Source of the DNA: Verrucomicrobiota bacterium
GTDB lineage: Bacteria > Verrucomicrobiota > Verrucomicrobiia > Opitutales > Opitutaceae
Assembly: GCA_019136515.1 (NCBI GenBank)
Contig: JAGVUB010000164.1
Location: 14,394 to 78,393, forward strand
DNA length: 64,000 nt
Direction of reading: 5' to 3'
The notes beneath the pieces were generated by a model. It was given only the letters and a program-made list of their open reading frames with translations, ran no database searches and was not told the DNA's origin. Of the stretch, positions 28,933 to 38,068 are shown one piece after another (within the stretch, counting starts at the first letter, position 1; the number at the start of each line of letters is the position of its first letter). The position numbers and the translations under genes are program-made.

Positions 28933-31809
28933 ATGAGACGAACTCGGCGAATCTCCCTGCGCCTGTTGGGCTGCCTCGCGTTGCTGACTGCCTCGCTTCT
29001 CGGCGTCGCGGCGGCGGGGTGGCTGCCGCCGGTGAACCGTTGGGTTGAACGCCGGTTGTTGGCGGAGCTGCGTGTCCTCGGGGTGGAGGCGGATTTGGCG
29101 CCCGTGCGGGAGTTGTCCTGGCGGCGCGCGGTGATCGGACCGGTGGCCTTGCGGTTGCCCGGGCTGGTGATGCGGGCGGAGGAGGCGCGGGCCGAGTTGG
29201 GCTGGCAGGTGCTGGTGCGGGGCGGCGCTCCGCACGTGGTCCTGCGCGGGCTGGAGTTGGAGGTGGAGTTGGACCGCGTCGCGGAGTTGCGCGCGGCGCT
29301 GCAGCCGCAAAGCGGTGGGTTTCCCTATGGGCGGCTGGATGTCGAACGCTCGCGCGTGGTGCTGCGGCGAGGCGTCCAGCGGCTAGAACTCCCGTTCAGC
29401 GGCTATTTCGACTCGATGGTCGAAGCGTTCCGCGCCGAGGTGTCGGTCGATGCGCCGACGTGCTCGGGCTTGGTGACGGTTCGCGGTGATTTGGCGGACG
29501 GCTCCGTGGAGTTGGCTCTGCGTGACGGACGCGTGCGGCCGGCGGATTGGCAGCCGTTGCTGGCCGGGATGGCACCGGAGAAGCTGGCGGCGGTGCACTT
29601 TGATGAGCGGGCGGAACTGAGGGGAAGCGGTACCGCCACGTTGCGCGATGGTCGTTGGCATGCGGCGACGCTCGTGGCGGAGCTACCGGCTTTCCGGTGG
29701 CAGGAAGGAGCGAATACGGTGGAAGTGGGCGCTGCGAAGCTCACGGCGGGGCTCGCGGACAGCGATGGGTGGCGATGCGAGGTGCGCGCCGGGCTGGCCG
29801 CGTGGACGGCCGGCGACCGACAGGCACGTCTCGAGGCCCCGGTGCTCAGCGTCGAGCGGCACAGCGCGCGGCTGGTCTTTGCCGAGGGTCGAGCCGAGGT
29901 GTCGGGGCTCGAGGTGGAGGGGGCCGGCCAGGTGACGGCGCGCTTTGGCGGTGTGAATGATCCGGTGACGGCGGAGGCCGCCGTGCGGTTCACCGCGGCG
30001 GAGGCGGCCGGGTGGCGTCTGCAGGCGCCGGCGGAGGTGCGGGGAGTATGGAACGGCGACGAATTGAACCTGACGGCGGCGACGATCGGCCTCGTGGGAC
30101 GGGCCCCGTTGCAGTTGGCCGAGGTTGAGGCTGCGATGGGTGGTCTGCGCGACGGTCCCGTCCGGCTGGTGCTGCGCACGCAGGCGGCCGTGGATGCGGT
30201 GCTTTGGTTGGAGGCGGTTGGGGTGGCCGGACGGGTGGAGCCGGCGAACGTGGCGGCGCGCGTGGTCGTGAACGCCCTCCTGGAGCGCGGAAGCGAGGGC
30301 GGGCGTGCAGAGTTTTCCATCCCGGCGCAGCGCCGTACGATTGCCTGGCCCGACGGACGGATGGAAGCCGTGATCGGCGGCGACCTGCTGGTGAATCTCG
30401 ATCGGAACTTCGTGTCGGGTCGCGCGATGGTCGACCTCCGTGAGGTTGCGGCACGAGCAGGTCTTGGGTCGGTGACGGCTCCGAATGCGTCGCTGAGCGT
30501 GCGGTGGCCGCGGATCTGGCTGGAGTCGGTGGCCGGGTGGGCTGCGGCGCCGGTCGGTCGATTCGGCCGTGAACTCCTCTGGGTGGGCGACTATGACGGC
30601 AAACTGGCCGACGCGGTGGTGCGTTATGGCACGGAGTGGCGGGCGAGCGGAGTTGGAGTGCGGTTGAGTTCCCGAGGGGCGGAACTGCACGAGACCGGAG
30701 GACTCGATCTTGGCCTAGCGGTCGCCGAACTGGCGACGCCGGCGGGGGGGCGCGTGGCGGAGTGTCGCGCCGAAGTGGTGGCGGGGTTGGAGGGGGCGGT
30801 GATCCGTGCGGGCTGCGTTATCCCGGAGTTCGGAGTGCGGCCGACCATCGAACAGACGGTGCGCTGGAGCTCCGGGCTCGAAGCGGAGGGCACGTTCGGT
30901 TTCGATCCGGTGGTGTTGAGCGGGAAGGAGCCGTGGCCGCGCTGGTCGCCGCAACTGCGCGGCTGGGAGTTCAGCGGCGGAGTGGGGCTTAGCGGCCGGA
31001 GCCGATACGTAGCCGGGGAGCTGGCGCTTGGGGCGGACCTTCTGTTGAACGAGCTTGCCGCGCGATCCCCCCAGGGCTTCACGGTGGACGGGATCCGTGG
31101 CCGCGTCGCGGTGGTCGGCCCGGCGCCGTGGCGCACCGCGCCGGCGCAGATGCTTGTGTATCGGAACGCCGGTCTCGGCGCGGTGAACCTGTCGGAGGGC
31201 AGCGTGACATTTTCCGGCGAATGGCCCGGGCGGCTCAGCGTCGAGCAATGGGGCACCAACGGGCTCGGGGGGCGGCTGGACGGAACGCCCTTTGCGATCG
31301 ATCCGCGGCGCCCCGAGTTCGGCATGCAGTTGACCTTGAAGGCGGTGAAGCTGGAGGAGCTGCTCCGCCTCTTCGCCGATGTGCCGGCCAGGGCGGAGGG
31401 GCTGGTCGACGGTTCGTTGCCGCTCACTTGGAGTGCGGGGCGGCTTCGGTTGGGCGCGGGCCAGTTCCGGCTCAGCCCCGGCGAGATGGGGCGGGTCCAG
31501 TTCACGCGCGACTTGCAGTTGCTCACTGCGGGCCGCCGGCCCGGAACCCCAACGTACGCCTCGTTGCGGAAAGTCGAACAGTCGATCCAGGTCCTCTTGT
31601 TCAATCGGCTGCAGATCGACACGTATCCGCAGGATGCCCCCGGGCAGTCGTTGCGGGTGCGATTGCAGGGCGCCCCGGCGGGGGGCGAGTTTGCGGTGCC
31701 GGTGAGTCTCGACATCAACGTGAACGCCCCGCTGGAGCACTTCCTCGACTGGGGCACGGCTGGTTGGCAAAATCCACCGGCCGGCCGCGGTGAGGCGACG
31801 AAGCCGTAG
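28933..31809 (+). CDS. ydbH: YdbH-like (AsmA-like superfamily) large envelope protein
   Basis: 958 aa with an N-terminal anchor (ISLRLLGCLALLTASLLGVAAAGW). The C-terminal region resembles the YdbH/DctA-YdbH domain. It is followed by ynbE- and ydbL-like genes, as in the E. coli ydbH-ynbE-ydbL operon. Confidence 0.7.
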   Translation: MRRTRRISLRLLGCLALLTASLLGVAAAGWLPPVNRWVERRLLAELRVLGVEADLAPVRELSWRRAVIGPVALRLPGLVMRAEEARAELGWQVLVRGGAPHVVLRGLELEVELDRVAELRAALQPQSGGFPYGRLDVERSRVVLRRGVQRLELPFSGYFDSMVEAFRAEVSVDAPTCSGLVTVRGDLADGSVELALRDGRVRPADWQPLLAGMAPEKLAAVHFDERAELRGSGTATLRDGRWHAATLVAELPAFRWQEGANTVEVGAAKLTAGLADSDGWRCEVRAGLAAWTAGDRQARLEAPVLSVERHSARLVFAEGRAEVSGLEVEGAGQVTARFGGVNDPVTAEAAVRFTAAEAAGWRLQAPAEVRGVWNGDELNLTAATIGLVGRAPLQLAEVEAAMGGLRDGPVRLVLRTQAAVDAVLWLEAVGVAGRVEPANVAARVVVNALLERGSEGGRAEFSIPAQRRTIAWPDGRMEAVIGGDLLVNLDRNFVSGRAMVDLREVAARAGLGSVTAPNASLSVRWPRIWLESVAGWAAAPVGRFGRELLWVGDYDGKLADAVVRYGTEWRASGVGVRLSSRGAELHETGGLDLGLAVAELATPAGGRVAECRAEVVAGLEGAVIRAGCVIPEFGVRPTIEQTVRWSSGLEAEGTFGFDPVVLSGKEPWPRWSPQLRGWEFSGGVGLSGRSRYVAGELALGADLLLNELAARSPQGFTVDGIRGRVAVVGPAPWRTAPAQMLVYRNAGLGAVNLSEGSVTFSGEWPGRLSVEQWGTNGLGGRLDGTPFAIDPRRPEFGMQLTLKAVKLEELLRLFADVPARAEGLVDGSLPLTWSAGRLRLGAGQFRLSPGEMGRVQFTRDLQLLTAGRRPGTPTYASLRKVEQSIQVLLFNRLQIDTYPQDAPGQSLRVRLQGAPAGGEFAVPVSLDINVNAPLEHFLDWGTAGWQNPPAGRGEATKP

Positions 31810-31859
31810 GCCGCGAAACAACCATTGTCCCGCCCTGTCCGAACCACATTCTGCCAACT

Positions 31860-32066
31860 ATGAACAAACCCCAGTATGCGGCGCTTCTGCTGCTCGTCGC
31901 CGGTGGACTCGCCGGATGCGTCTACACGACGGTCGACGTGAAACCGATCCACATCACGGTGGATGTGAATGTCCGGGTCGAGCAGGCGCTGGAGGATTTC
32001 TTCGGCGACCTCGACCGCAAATCCTCGACCATCGCAACCCCCACCGCCGCTCCCGCCCAGCCATGA
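31860..32066 (+). CDS. ynbE: YnbE-family small lipoprotein
   Basis: 68 aa with lipobox LAGC followed by VKPIHITVDVNVRV, typical of YnbE. It overlaps the next gene by 4 nt. Confidence 0.7.
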   Translation: MNKPQYAALLLLVAGGLAGCVYTTVDVKPIHITVDVNVRVEQALEDFFGDLDRKSSTIATPTAAPAQP

Positions 32067-32440
32067 AAACCGCTCTCCTTTTTTCCCTGATGATCGCCTC
32101 TCTCCTTGGTTTTGCTGTACCGGGGGCTTGGGCGCAGGACGCCAATCTGAAACAGCGGATGGAGCAAAGGCTGACTACACTCGACGATCTGCGCCTGCGC
32201 CAAGTCGTGGGCGAGAACAACGCCGGTTACCTCGAGCTGCGCGGCATCGCCACGCCGGACGAGGAAGCGGTGGTGGCGGCGGAGAACGCCGACCGCGCGG
32301 CGGTGTACGAGATGATCGCGCGCCGCAGCGAGACGACAAAAGAGACGGTTGGCCGCGCCCGTGCCAAGACGATCGCAGCCGCGAGTGCCCGCGGGGTGCT
32401 GGTGCAGGACGCGAATGGCGGTTGGGCGCCAAAACGCTAG
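32063..32440 (+). CDS. ydbL: YdbL-like (DUF1318) periplasmic protein
   Basis: Signal peptide, then GENNAGYLELRG...ENADRAAVYEMIA, which is DUF1318-like. Confidence 0.7.
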   Translation: MKTALLFSLMIASLLGFAVPGAWAQDANLKQRMEQRLTTLDDLRLRQVVGENNAGYLELRGIATPDEEAVVAAENADRAAVYEMIARRSETTKETVGRARAKTIAAASARGVLVQDANGGWAPKR

Positions 32441-32542
32441 TCGCGGCGACGATGGCGCCCGCAGTGCAGGCAGGGGGGGGCGGAGCCCACGCCCACCGCA
32501 TTCAATTCCGGCCCACGATCAAGAGTGGTCCGCGCCTTGAAA

Positions 32543-32741
32543 TCAGTCCCGGCGGGGGAAGGTTGAAACCTGGCTGCGGATACGCGCGATGGTTGCCGTG
32601 GGCAGGTAACCTCCGAATGCCATCGTGGGCATGACCAAGGCGCGCGGGCCGAGAATCGTGCCGGGCTGAAGCACGGCGTTGCAGCCGACCTCGGCCTTGT
32701 CGCCGAGGATGGCGCCGAACTTGCGCAGGCCGGTGTCGAAC
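32543..32741 (-). pseudogene. Orphan 3' fragment (last 65 codons) of a hexapeptide-repeat gene, duplicating 40686..40884
   Basis: It translates to FDTGLRKFGAILGDKAEVGCNAVLQPGTILGPRALVMPTMAFGGYLPTATIARIRSQVSTFPRRD. That matches 60 of 65 residues of the C-terminus of the 268-aa gene at 40686..41492. Homology stops abruptly upstream. Confidence 0.8.
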
Positions 32742-32979
32742 CGGCCCGGATTCATTGCTCCAGCCGTTCGAGTTCTTCTGCTGCGAGTGGAATCGGCATG
32801 CTGTGGCGGGTCATGCCACCAGCCTACTGGCCCGGCGCATATGAGCACCTATTTGTGGGACTTACGGATCCTCGCGTATAGGACTGACGGCCGATGGTTG
32901 GGCGGGACCGCTGGGCCCACCGAGCGAACGGACGGCCCGGCGGTCCGTCCGCTCGCTCGGTCAGTCTATTGCGCGAGGC

Positions 32980-35376
32980 TCAATAGTGCCGCTTAATGTA
33001 CTTCTCAATGGCGGTCGTCATCTTGTCATTGGCCCATTCACCGTAGCCGCCTTCGAGCCCTTTCTCCCATCCCCACTCGGCTACTGGATCGATCTCTCGT
33101 TTATTTACAGCCTCGCTGACTGCCTCGCCAAGATCAACGACGTTGGCGAACTTGTTCAATTTTGTGTATAGCCCACTCTCTGAAATCTTTGTCGAAATCG
33201 CCATCCCCTCGAGAGCCATCTTTGCGGGACGGAAAATGCGGGTCTCTGAAGATGCCATGCCTAGCACTTTGCTCACCACCGGCCACGCTGTGGATTTGAT
33301 CAATCCACTTGCGCCGGGAATTGCGCCGAGAATAGCGATTCCTTGATCTATCTGTGATAGCTTTTCACCGGTGAAAGCATCATAGCCATAACTCGCCTCA
33401 TAGATCGCGATCGCGGAGCCAAGAAACGGGACTGCTCGAACAAAGGTGCTCACTACGGTGCTGAAATACGCGTTATCGACGGGGAGCCATTTGCGCAGGA
33501 GGTCGTTAATACATGGCTTGGTCAGCACACTCTCGACGTCCGATTTGACTTCATTGAGCACCTCGTCGCTCTCGTGGCTAACAGTCGATGACGCGGAGCC
33601 GCCGGCAGTGACCGGGTACGACGAACTTGGTTGGCATGGCTCACGCGTGGCTAGTATCCATCGGCTCGGATCGTACTGCTGTTCCTTATTGGTGGGATTG
33701 ATGATCTGAATCCGTCCGCGACTGAGGCTGTCCTGTTTGCCGCGGCCGATCAGCCCGTCGTCAAGAATAGTGAACTCACCCGGGCCGCTGTCGGGTTTTG
33801 GCTTCGATGTTTTCTGGACTGTTGGGGCGGTATTGGTAGCGGGCGGCTTGCGAGTGATGGGGCGAGGGGTGTCGCCGTAGATGTCATTAGGTTCATCGGA
33901 GCCGTAAATGTCATCCCCGCGTTGCCCCTTGCCTCCTTGATTCTTGGTCTGGCCGCCCTTGTGATGGTCCTCGCAGTTGTTGACGTCGCCCCCTCCTAGG
34001 GTGGGATTCTTGACGGTCGGCTTCGACGTCCGTCCGCCGCCGGCCAACGTGAGCTTCGCGGGGTTGGACTTGAGGGCCACGTCTCCACTGAAAGCGACGA
34101 GGCGGTAGGTCCCGACGGTGTCGCGCCCGGCCTTGATCGTCAGCGAATTGGTATTCGCGTCCTTGATGTCCTTGTCATTGAACTGCCACTGGTAGCGAGG
34201 TGCTGGAACCTCATCGGCCAACTGTGCGGCAAACGTGGCCATCGAGCCATTCGCCACGCATTGATCCTCTGGTTGCTGCACAAACTCCGCGACCGGGATC
34301 GGGTTGGTCAACCTCCGGAGGATTTCCTCGGTGTTGGCGGGATCGAAGGGGTTGGCACCCTTGTGGTCGATGGTGACGAAATCCAAGTGGTGCTGCAGCA
34401 GGTTGTTTTTCGCGGCATCGAGGGTAAGCAGTTCGGGCCCATCGCTGGCCGCGGCACCGGTAGCGCCAGCCGCCGCCACCGGTCGCCTCTCCGGGTGTTG
34501 GGCTAGTTCAACGTATTCCGCGTACTTGCGTGTGCCATCTGGAAGCGCTGCATTCAAAATCGCAATCTGCGCTGGCGTCGGGTTGATCGGCGGCGGCTTG
34601 AGGTCAGCCCCGCGGATGCCCCACAGCAGCGTATGCACCAAGGGGCGAGACTCCGGGTGTGATACCTCGTAGTTGAGTATCCCACTGTAGAGCGCCTCTG
34701 CCTCTTTGGGGATCAGGATGCTCGCGGGATAGAACGCCACCGACTGGTTGTGCCCGACGGCCTTATGCTCTCGGTTGGGCATAGTGCCCACGGCGGGGGC
34801 ATCTACCTGCAGACAGTGGGGCGAGAAGTCGTAGGTGACCGCCGACATTGCAGGCACGGTGATCTTCAGTTTCTCCGCCATTGCGGCCGCCTCGGATGCC
34901 CGCAGGAAGGGCAACAACGCCTCAACCATCTCGTTGAGGTCGTCGTAAGTGACGACATCTTTGGCCTTCAGCCGCGCCAAGACCTCCTTCAGATGCTTTT
35001 TCTGCTCTTCCCCCTTCGGGGTTCCCGGCTCGAAGCGCGGCAGCGTCGGGTTAACTCCGCGGGCCATGGGGGCTCGCTCGATGCCCTTGGTGTGCGCGAG
35101 GAACGCCGCCTTGGCGTCCGTTGGCCGGGATGGCTTCGTGCTGAAACAGAAATCCCGCGAATTCGCCCAATACCCAGGGTTGGTCGCTGCGTTGTTCTTG
35201 GTGTTGGCGTCGATGGCGTGTCGTACCGCGGCCTCGTAGACCTCTTGAAACCGGGCTTTGACATCGAAGACCGGCGCGGCGCCTTCTGCGGAAGTGTTAG
35301 TGGAGTAAGGGTCTTGTGCCAAGAGGGCTGAGACAGTCAGCGACCCCAGCATGGTGAGAAGGCGGAGTAATTTCAT
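32980..35376 (-). CDS. Secreted multidomain protein with an Ig-like repeat and a pre-toxin TG (PT-TG)-like domain plus a ~105-aa C-terminal module (polymorphic-toxin-like)
   Basis: Signal peptide MKLLRLLTMLGSLTVSALLAQ. An Ig-like segment (YQWQFNDKDIKDANTNSLTIK...YRLVAF). AVPFLGSAIAIYEASYGYDAFTGEKLSQIDQGIAILGAIPG matches the PT-TG pattern (xPxxG...G.DxxTGEKLS...iP). This gene has the lowest GC in the window. Confidence 0.6.
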   Translation of the reverse strand: MKLLRLLTMLGSLTVSALLAQDPYSTNTSAEGAAPVFDVKARFQEVYEAAVRHAIDANTKNNAATNPGYWANSRDFCFSTKPSRPTDAKAAFLAHTKGIERAPMARGVNPTLPRFEPGTPKGEEQKKHLKEVLARLKAKDVVTYDDLNEMVEALLPFLRASEAAAMAEKLKITVPAMSAVTYDFSPHCLQVDAPAVGTMPNREHKAVGHNQSVAFYPASILIPKEAEALYSGILNYEVSHPESRPLVHTLLWGIRGADLKPPPINPTPAQIAILNAALPDGTRKYAEYVELAQHPERRPVAAAGATGAAASDGPELLTLDAAKNNLLQHHLDFVTIDHKGANPFDPANTEEILRRLTNPIPVAEFVQQPEDQCVANGSMATFAAQLADEVPAPRYQWQFNDKDIKDANTNSLTIKAGRDTVGTYRLVAFSGDVALKSNPAKLTLAGGGRTSKPTVKNPTLGGGDVNNCEDHHKGGQTKNQGGKGQRGDDIYGSDEPNDIYGDTPRPITRKPPATNTAPTVQKTSKPKPDSGPGEFTILDDGLIGRGKQDSLSRGRIQIINPTNKEQQYDPSRWILATREPCQPSSSYPVTAGGSASSTVSHESDEVLNEVKSDVESVLTKPCINDLLRKWLPVDNAYFSTVVSTFVRAVPFLGSAIAIYEASYGYDAFTGEKLSQIDQGIAILGAIPGASGLIKSTAWPVVSKVLGMASSETRIFRPAKMALEGMAISTKISESGLYTKLNKFANVVDLGEAVSEAVNKREIDPVAEWGWEKGLEGGYGEWANDKMTTAIEKYIKRHY

Positions 35377-35460
35377 GGGGTGGAAGAATAGTAGATGAAG
35401 AAGTGTGGATAAAAAAGCCCCGCGCACTGCTGTACGCGGGGCTAGATGCATTAGCTAGGA

Positions 35461-36066
35461 TTACCAGCTGATGCCGCCTTTTCTGGACGTTTTGGCGATG
35501 GCTTCCTCGGCCTCCCAGATGGCCAGGCCGGACCGGACGTCCGTCAGGCTGAGCTGGAAGGTGTAGGTGATCAGCGTCTCGCGGCCCTGCTTGACGCGGG
35601 ATTCCTGGATTTTGCCCGAGAGTGTGAAGTCGGGCATCCGGGTTTCCTGCTTCTCGCCGCCCATGAACTGGGCGTATTCGGCAGCTTCTTTGGCGAGCGG
35701 GTCCTCGGCCTTGCCTCCGAGTCCGACGGTGGTCGTGGTGAGGATCTTGCCGCTCTGGTTGAGCGCGACGCGGATCTTCTTCGTCAACGAGTCGATATCG
35801 ATCTGCATCGTCGTGTCGTTGCGGACTCGGCTGATGGCCATGATCGCGGGCGGGTTCTCGATGCGCGCCAAGACATCCGAGCTGAGGAGGTTCGAGATCA
35901 GCTTCTCGGCGGCCTCGGACCATTCGCTCGGGCTGATCTGCGTGGCGTTGACGACTTTCTTCTGCTTGGGGTCGACTTGGCGGACCGTATCGGCGCGTGC
36001 CGGAAGCGGGGCGAAGACCAGCGCGGTGGCGCCGACAAGCATGGAGAGGATGAGACGGGTTTTCAT
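35461..36066 (-). CDS. LpoB-like (COG3417) periplasmic protein
   Basis: 201 aa with a signal peptide. The overall pattern (PAIMAISRVRNDT...DIDSLTKKIRVALNQSGK...FTLSGKI...YTFQLSLTDVRSGLAIWE) is LpoB/COG3417-like. Confidence 0.6.
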   Translation of the reverse strand: MKTRLILSMLVGATALVFAPLPARADTVRQVDPKQKKVVNATQISPSEWSEAAEKLISNLLSSDVLARIENPPAIMAISRVRNDTTMQIDIDSLTKKIRVALNQSGKILTTTTVGLGGKAEDPLAKEAAEYAQFMGGEKQETRMPDFTLSGKIQESRVKQGRETLITYTFQLSLTDVRSGLAIWEAEEAIAKTSRKGGISW

Positions 36067-36075
36067 CGGAGGAGA

Positions 36076-36492
36076 TTATTCGTGGTCGAGCATGAACTTG
36101 ATGATGAAGTCGACGGCCTTGGGGGAGGTGGCGGTCGCCGAGATGTGAGTCTCCTCACGGCCTTCGAGGTGGAAGGTCTTCCAGCCGTCGATGGGCGAGG
36201 GGATGGCCATGCCATCCTTGCCGATCCACTCGACGCGGTAGCGGTAGTCCTTGTAGTGGCGATGGAGGTTGCGGACCTTCATCTCGATCTTGAGGAGGTC
36301 TCCGGAGACGTAGGTCTGGGCGATGCCCGAGACCTCGATGGATTCGGCGAGCCAACCGTCGAAGACGAGGCGGCGATCCGGGACGTAGGCGGCGCGTGTC
36401 TGGGGCGATGTGCTTTCGATGGAGTTGACCGTGCTGCACCCCGAGATGAGGGCGGCGCCTGCGGCCAGCGCGAGAATGAGAGATTTCTTCAT
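36076..36492 (-). CDS. YcfL-family (DUF1425) lipoprotein
   Basis: 138 aa with lipobox ISGC. LKIEMKVRNLHRHYKDYRYRVEWIGKDGM resembles YcfL. It is adjacent to the lpoB-like gene, as in enterobacterial ycfL-lpoB. Confidence 0.6.
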   Translation of the reverse strand: MKKSLILALAAGAALISGCSTVNSIESTSPQTRAAYVPDRRLVFDGWLAESIEVSGIAQTYVSGDLLKIEMKVRNLHRHYKDYRYRVEWIGKDGMAIPSPIDGWKTFHLEGREETHISATATSPKAVDFIIKFMLDHE

Positions 36493-36503
36493 GGTAGAGG
36501 ATG

Positions 36504-38048
36504 TCACTTGAGGACGGTTTGGGATATAAGGGCGGGGAGTCCGGGGGCGATACTCTTTACGTAGACGAGGTTCACCTTGCCCGGTTCGATCACGATGGTC
36601 TGCGGGGCGGAGCCTGCAGCGATGGTGATGGTGCGGTCCTTGGGAGTCTGGAAGCGGGCGTACTGGAATTGCTTGGGAAGGGTGGTCCAGCTGCGGGTGT
36701 CGGCGATCGTGGTGGTGGCAGTGTAGATCGAGGTTGCCAGCATGCCGATCAGCTGAGCGGTGCCGCCTTGGTCCTTCAGCTGCCTGTTGACCTCGTACTG
36801 GATGAGGCCTTTGACGCCTGCGGAGATGATCGACTTGGTGAGGACGGCCACCCACTCATTCTTGAACTCGCGTGCGATGACGCTGTCCATGCTGCACAGA
36901 AGCTGAGTGTCGAGCGTCTGCCCCTCGATGGCGATGCTGGCTGCCGGAACGAAGTCGGGAACGCGCTTGAGGATGGGAAGGGCGCACTGGGTGTACTGCA
37001 CCTTGTCGGTGACCAGGAACAGCGGGATCGGGATCTGGATCTGGTCGAGGTACGGGGCCGAGCCGGTTTCGAAGATCACATAGGTGAGCCCATCCGGCTT
37101 CTTGCCGTAGGCGAGTCCTTCGGCGAGCGCTAGGTCTTCCTTGATGAAGGAGGACTCGGGTGCCATGGCCGCGACGCGCTCCATGGACTTGCGCGCGTGT
37201 TCCATGTCGGAGGCGTCTTCGCCCCGGGTCATGAAGAACAGGCCATCCACGAACACCGCGAACGGGTTCACATAGACTTCATAGGGGCGCACATCGGTTT
37301 CGAGATCGGTGTCGATCTCCTTGAGTGCGTTGGCCACGCCTTCATCCTGCATCGCCTTTTCGGCATCGTAGCTGGCGGTCTTGCCTTGTTCATCGGCGAC
37401 TTTGCCTTCCTTGGCTTCTGCGGCCTTGGCCTGCGCCTCTTCGATGCGCTTGGCATTGGCATCGACGGCATCGCGCTGGTGTTGGAGCACCTTGTTGAGC
37501 GCAACGCGGGCATTGTCGGGCTCGCCGAGCTTGAGGTAGTTCAGCGCCTGGTAGGTCTCCAGCATGATGCGGTCGGAGGCGCGGCCGCGGTAGGACGTGT
37601 TGGCTTGGTTGGTCAGGATCGCACCGGCTTCGGATGCGACCTTGGCCTTGGCCTGCTCGTCATAGGAGATGATCCGGTCCGCGGCCCAGTTGAAGGACTC
37701 GATGCTCTTCTTGGTCATCTCGACATCGTAGGCGTCGCCCGGTGCTGCGCCGGCCGGCCCGAGGGCCATGGCTGTCGTGTTGGTTGGGGCGACGGGCGGG
37801 AGGTTCTCGAGTGCGCGGGCGCGGTAAACGGCACCCTGCTCGAGACTCCAGACCACGGTGCTCTGGTTGTTGGCGTTCTTCTCGGCCTTCTTGTCGACCT
37901 CGGCGGAGGCTTCGGCGAGCTGCCCCGCTTTCCACGCGGTGCGGAAGTCGGAAGACTGGGTCGTGTAGGTGCTGCAACCGGATAGCAGTCCGATCGCGAC
38001 GAGGCCGCAGGGGAGCGCGACCCGGGAGAATGTGACGGGCGATTTCAT
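36504..38048 (-). CDS. Large lipoprotein, COG3014-like (uncharacterised)
   Basis: 514 aa with lipobox LLSGCST and helical-repeat-looking content. My recollection is that COG3014 proteins co-occur with LpoB/YcfL homologues. That is inference. Confidence 0.5.
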   Translation of the reverse strand: MKSPVTFSRVALPCGLVAIGLLSGCSTYTTQSSDFRTAWKAGQLAEASAEVDKKAEKNANNQSTVVWSLEQGAVYRARALENLPPVAPTNTTAMALGPAGAAPGDAYDVEMTKKSIESFNWAADRIISYDEQAKAKVASEAGAILTNQANTSYRGRASDRIMLETYQALNYLKLGEPDNARVALNKVLQHQRDAVDANAKRIEEAQAKAAEAKEGKVADEQGKTASYDAEKAMQDEGVANALKEIDTDLETDVRPYEVYVNPFAVFVDGLFFMTRGEDASDMEHARKSMERVAAMAPESSFIKEDLALAEGLAYGKKPDGLTYVIFETGSAPYLDQIQIPIPLFLVTDKVQYTQCALPILKRVPDFVPAASIAIEGQTLDTQLLCSMDSVIAREFKNEWVAVLTKSIISAGVKGLIQYEVNRQLKDQGGTAQLIGMLATSIYTATTTIADTRSWTTLPKQFQYARFQTPKDRTITIAAGSAPQTIVIEPGKVNLVYVKSIAPGLPALISQTVLK

Positions 38049-38068
38049 CGTTCTGGTCGAGTGTGGGG

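Noticed and set aside
32543-32848. 101-aa ORF, considered as an intact small hexapeptide-repeat gene
   Set aside because: Only the last 65 codons are homologous to the full-length gene at 40686..41492. The N-terminal 36 codons are unrelated Arg/Pro-rich sequence, so it is annotated as a gene fragment.
32679-32996. 105-aa plus-strand ORF downstream of the PT-TG gene, considered as a possible immunity gene
   Set aside because: It is on the opposite strand and overlaps both the orphan gene fragment and the 3' end of the toxin-like gene. Its composition (Arg/Ala/Pro/Gly) looks like off-frame high-GC sequence.
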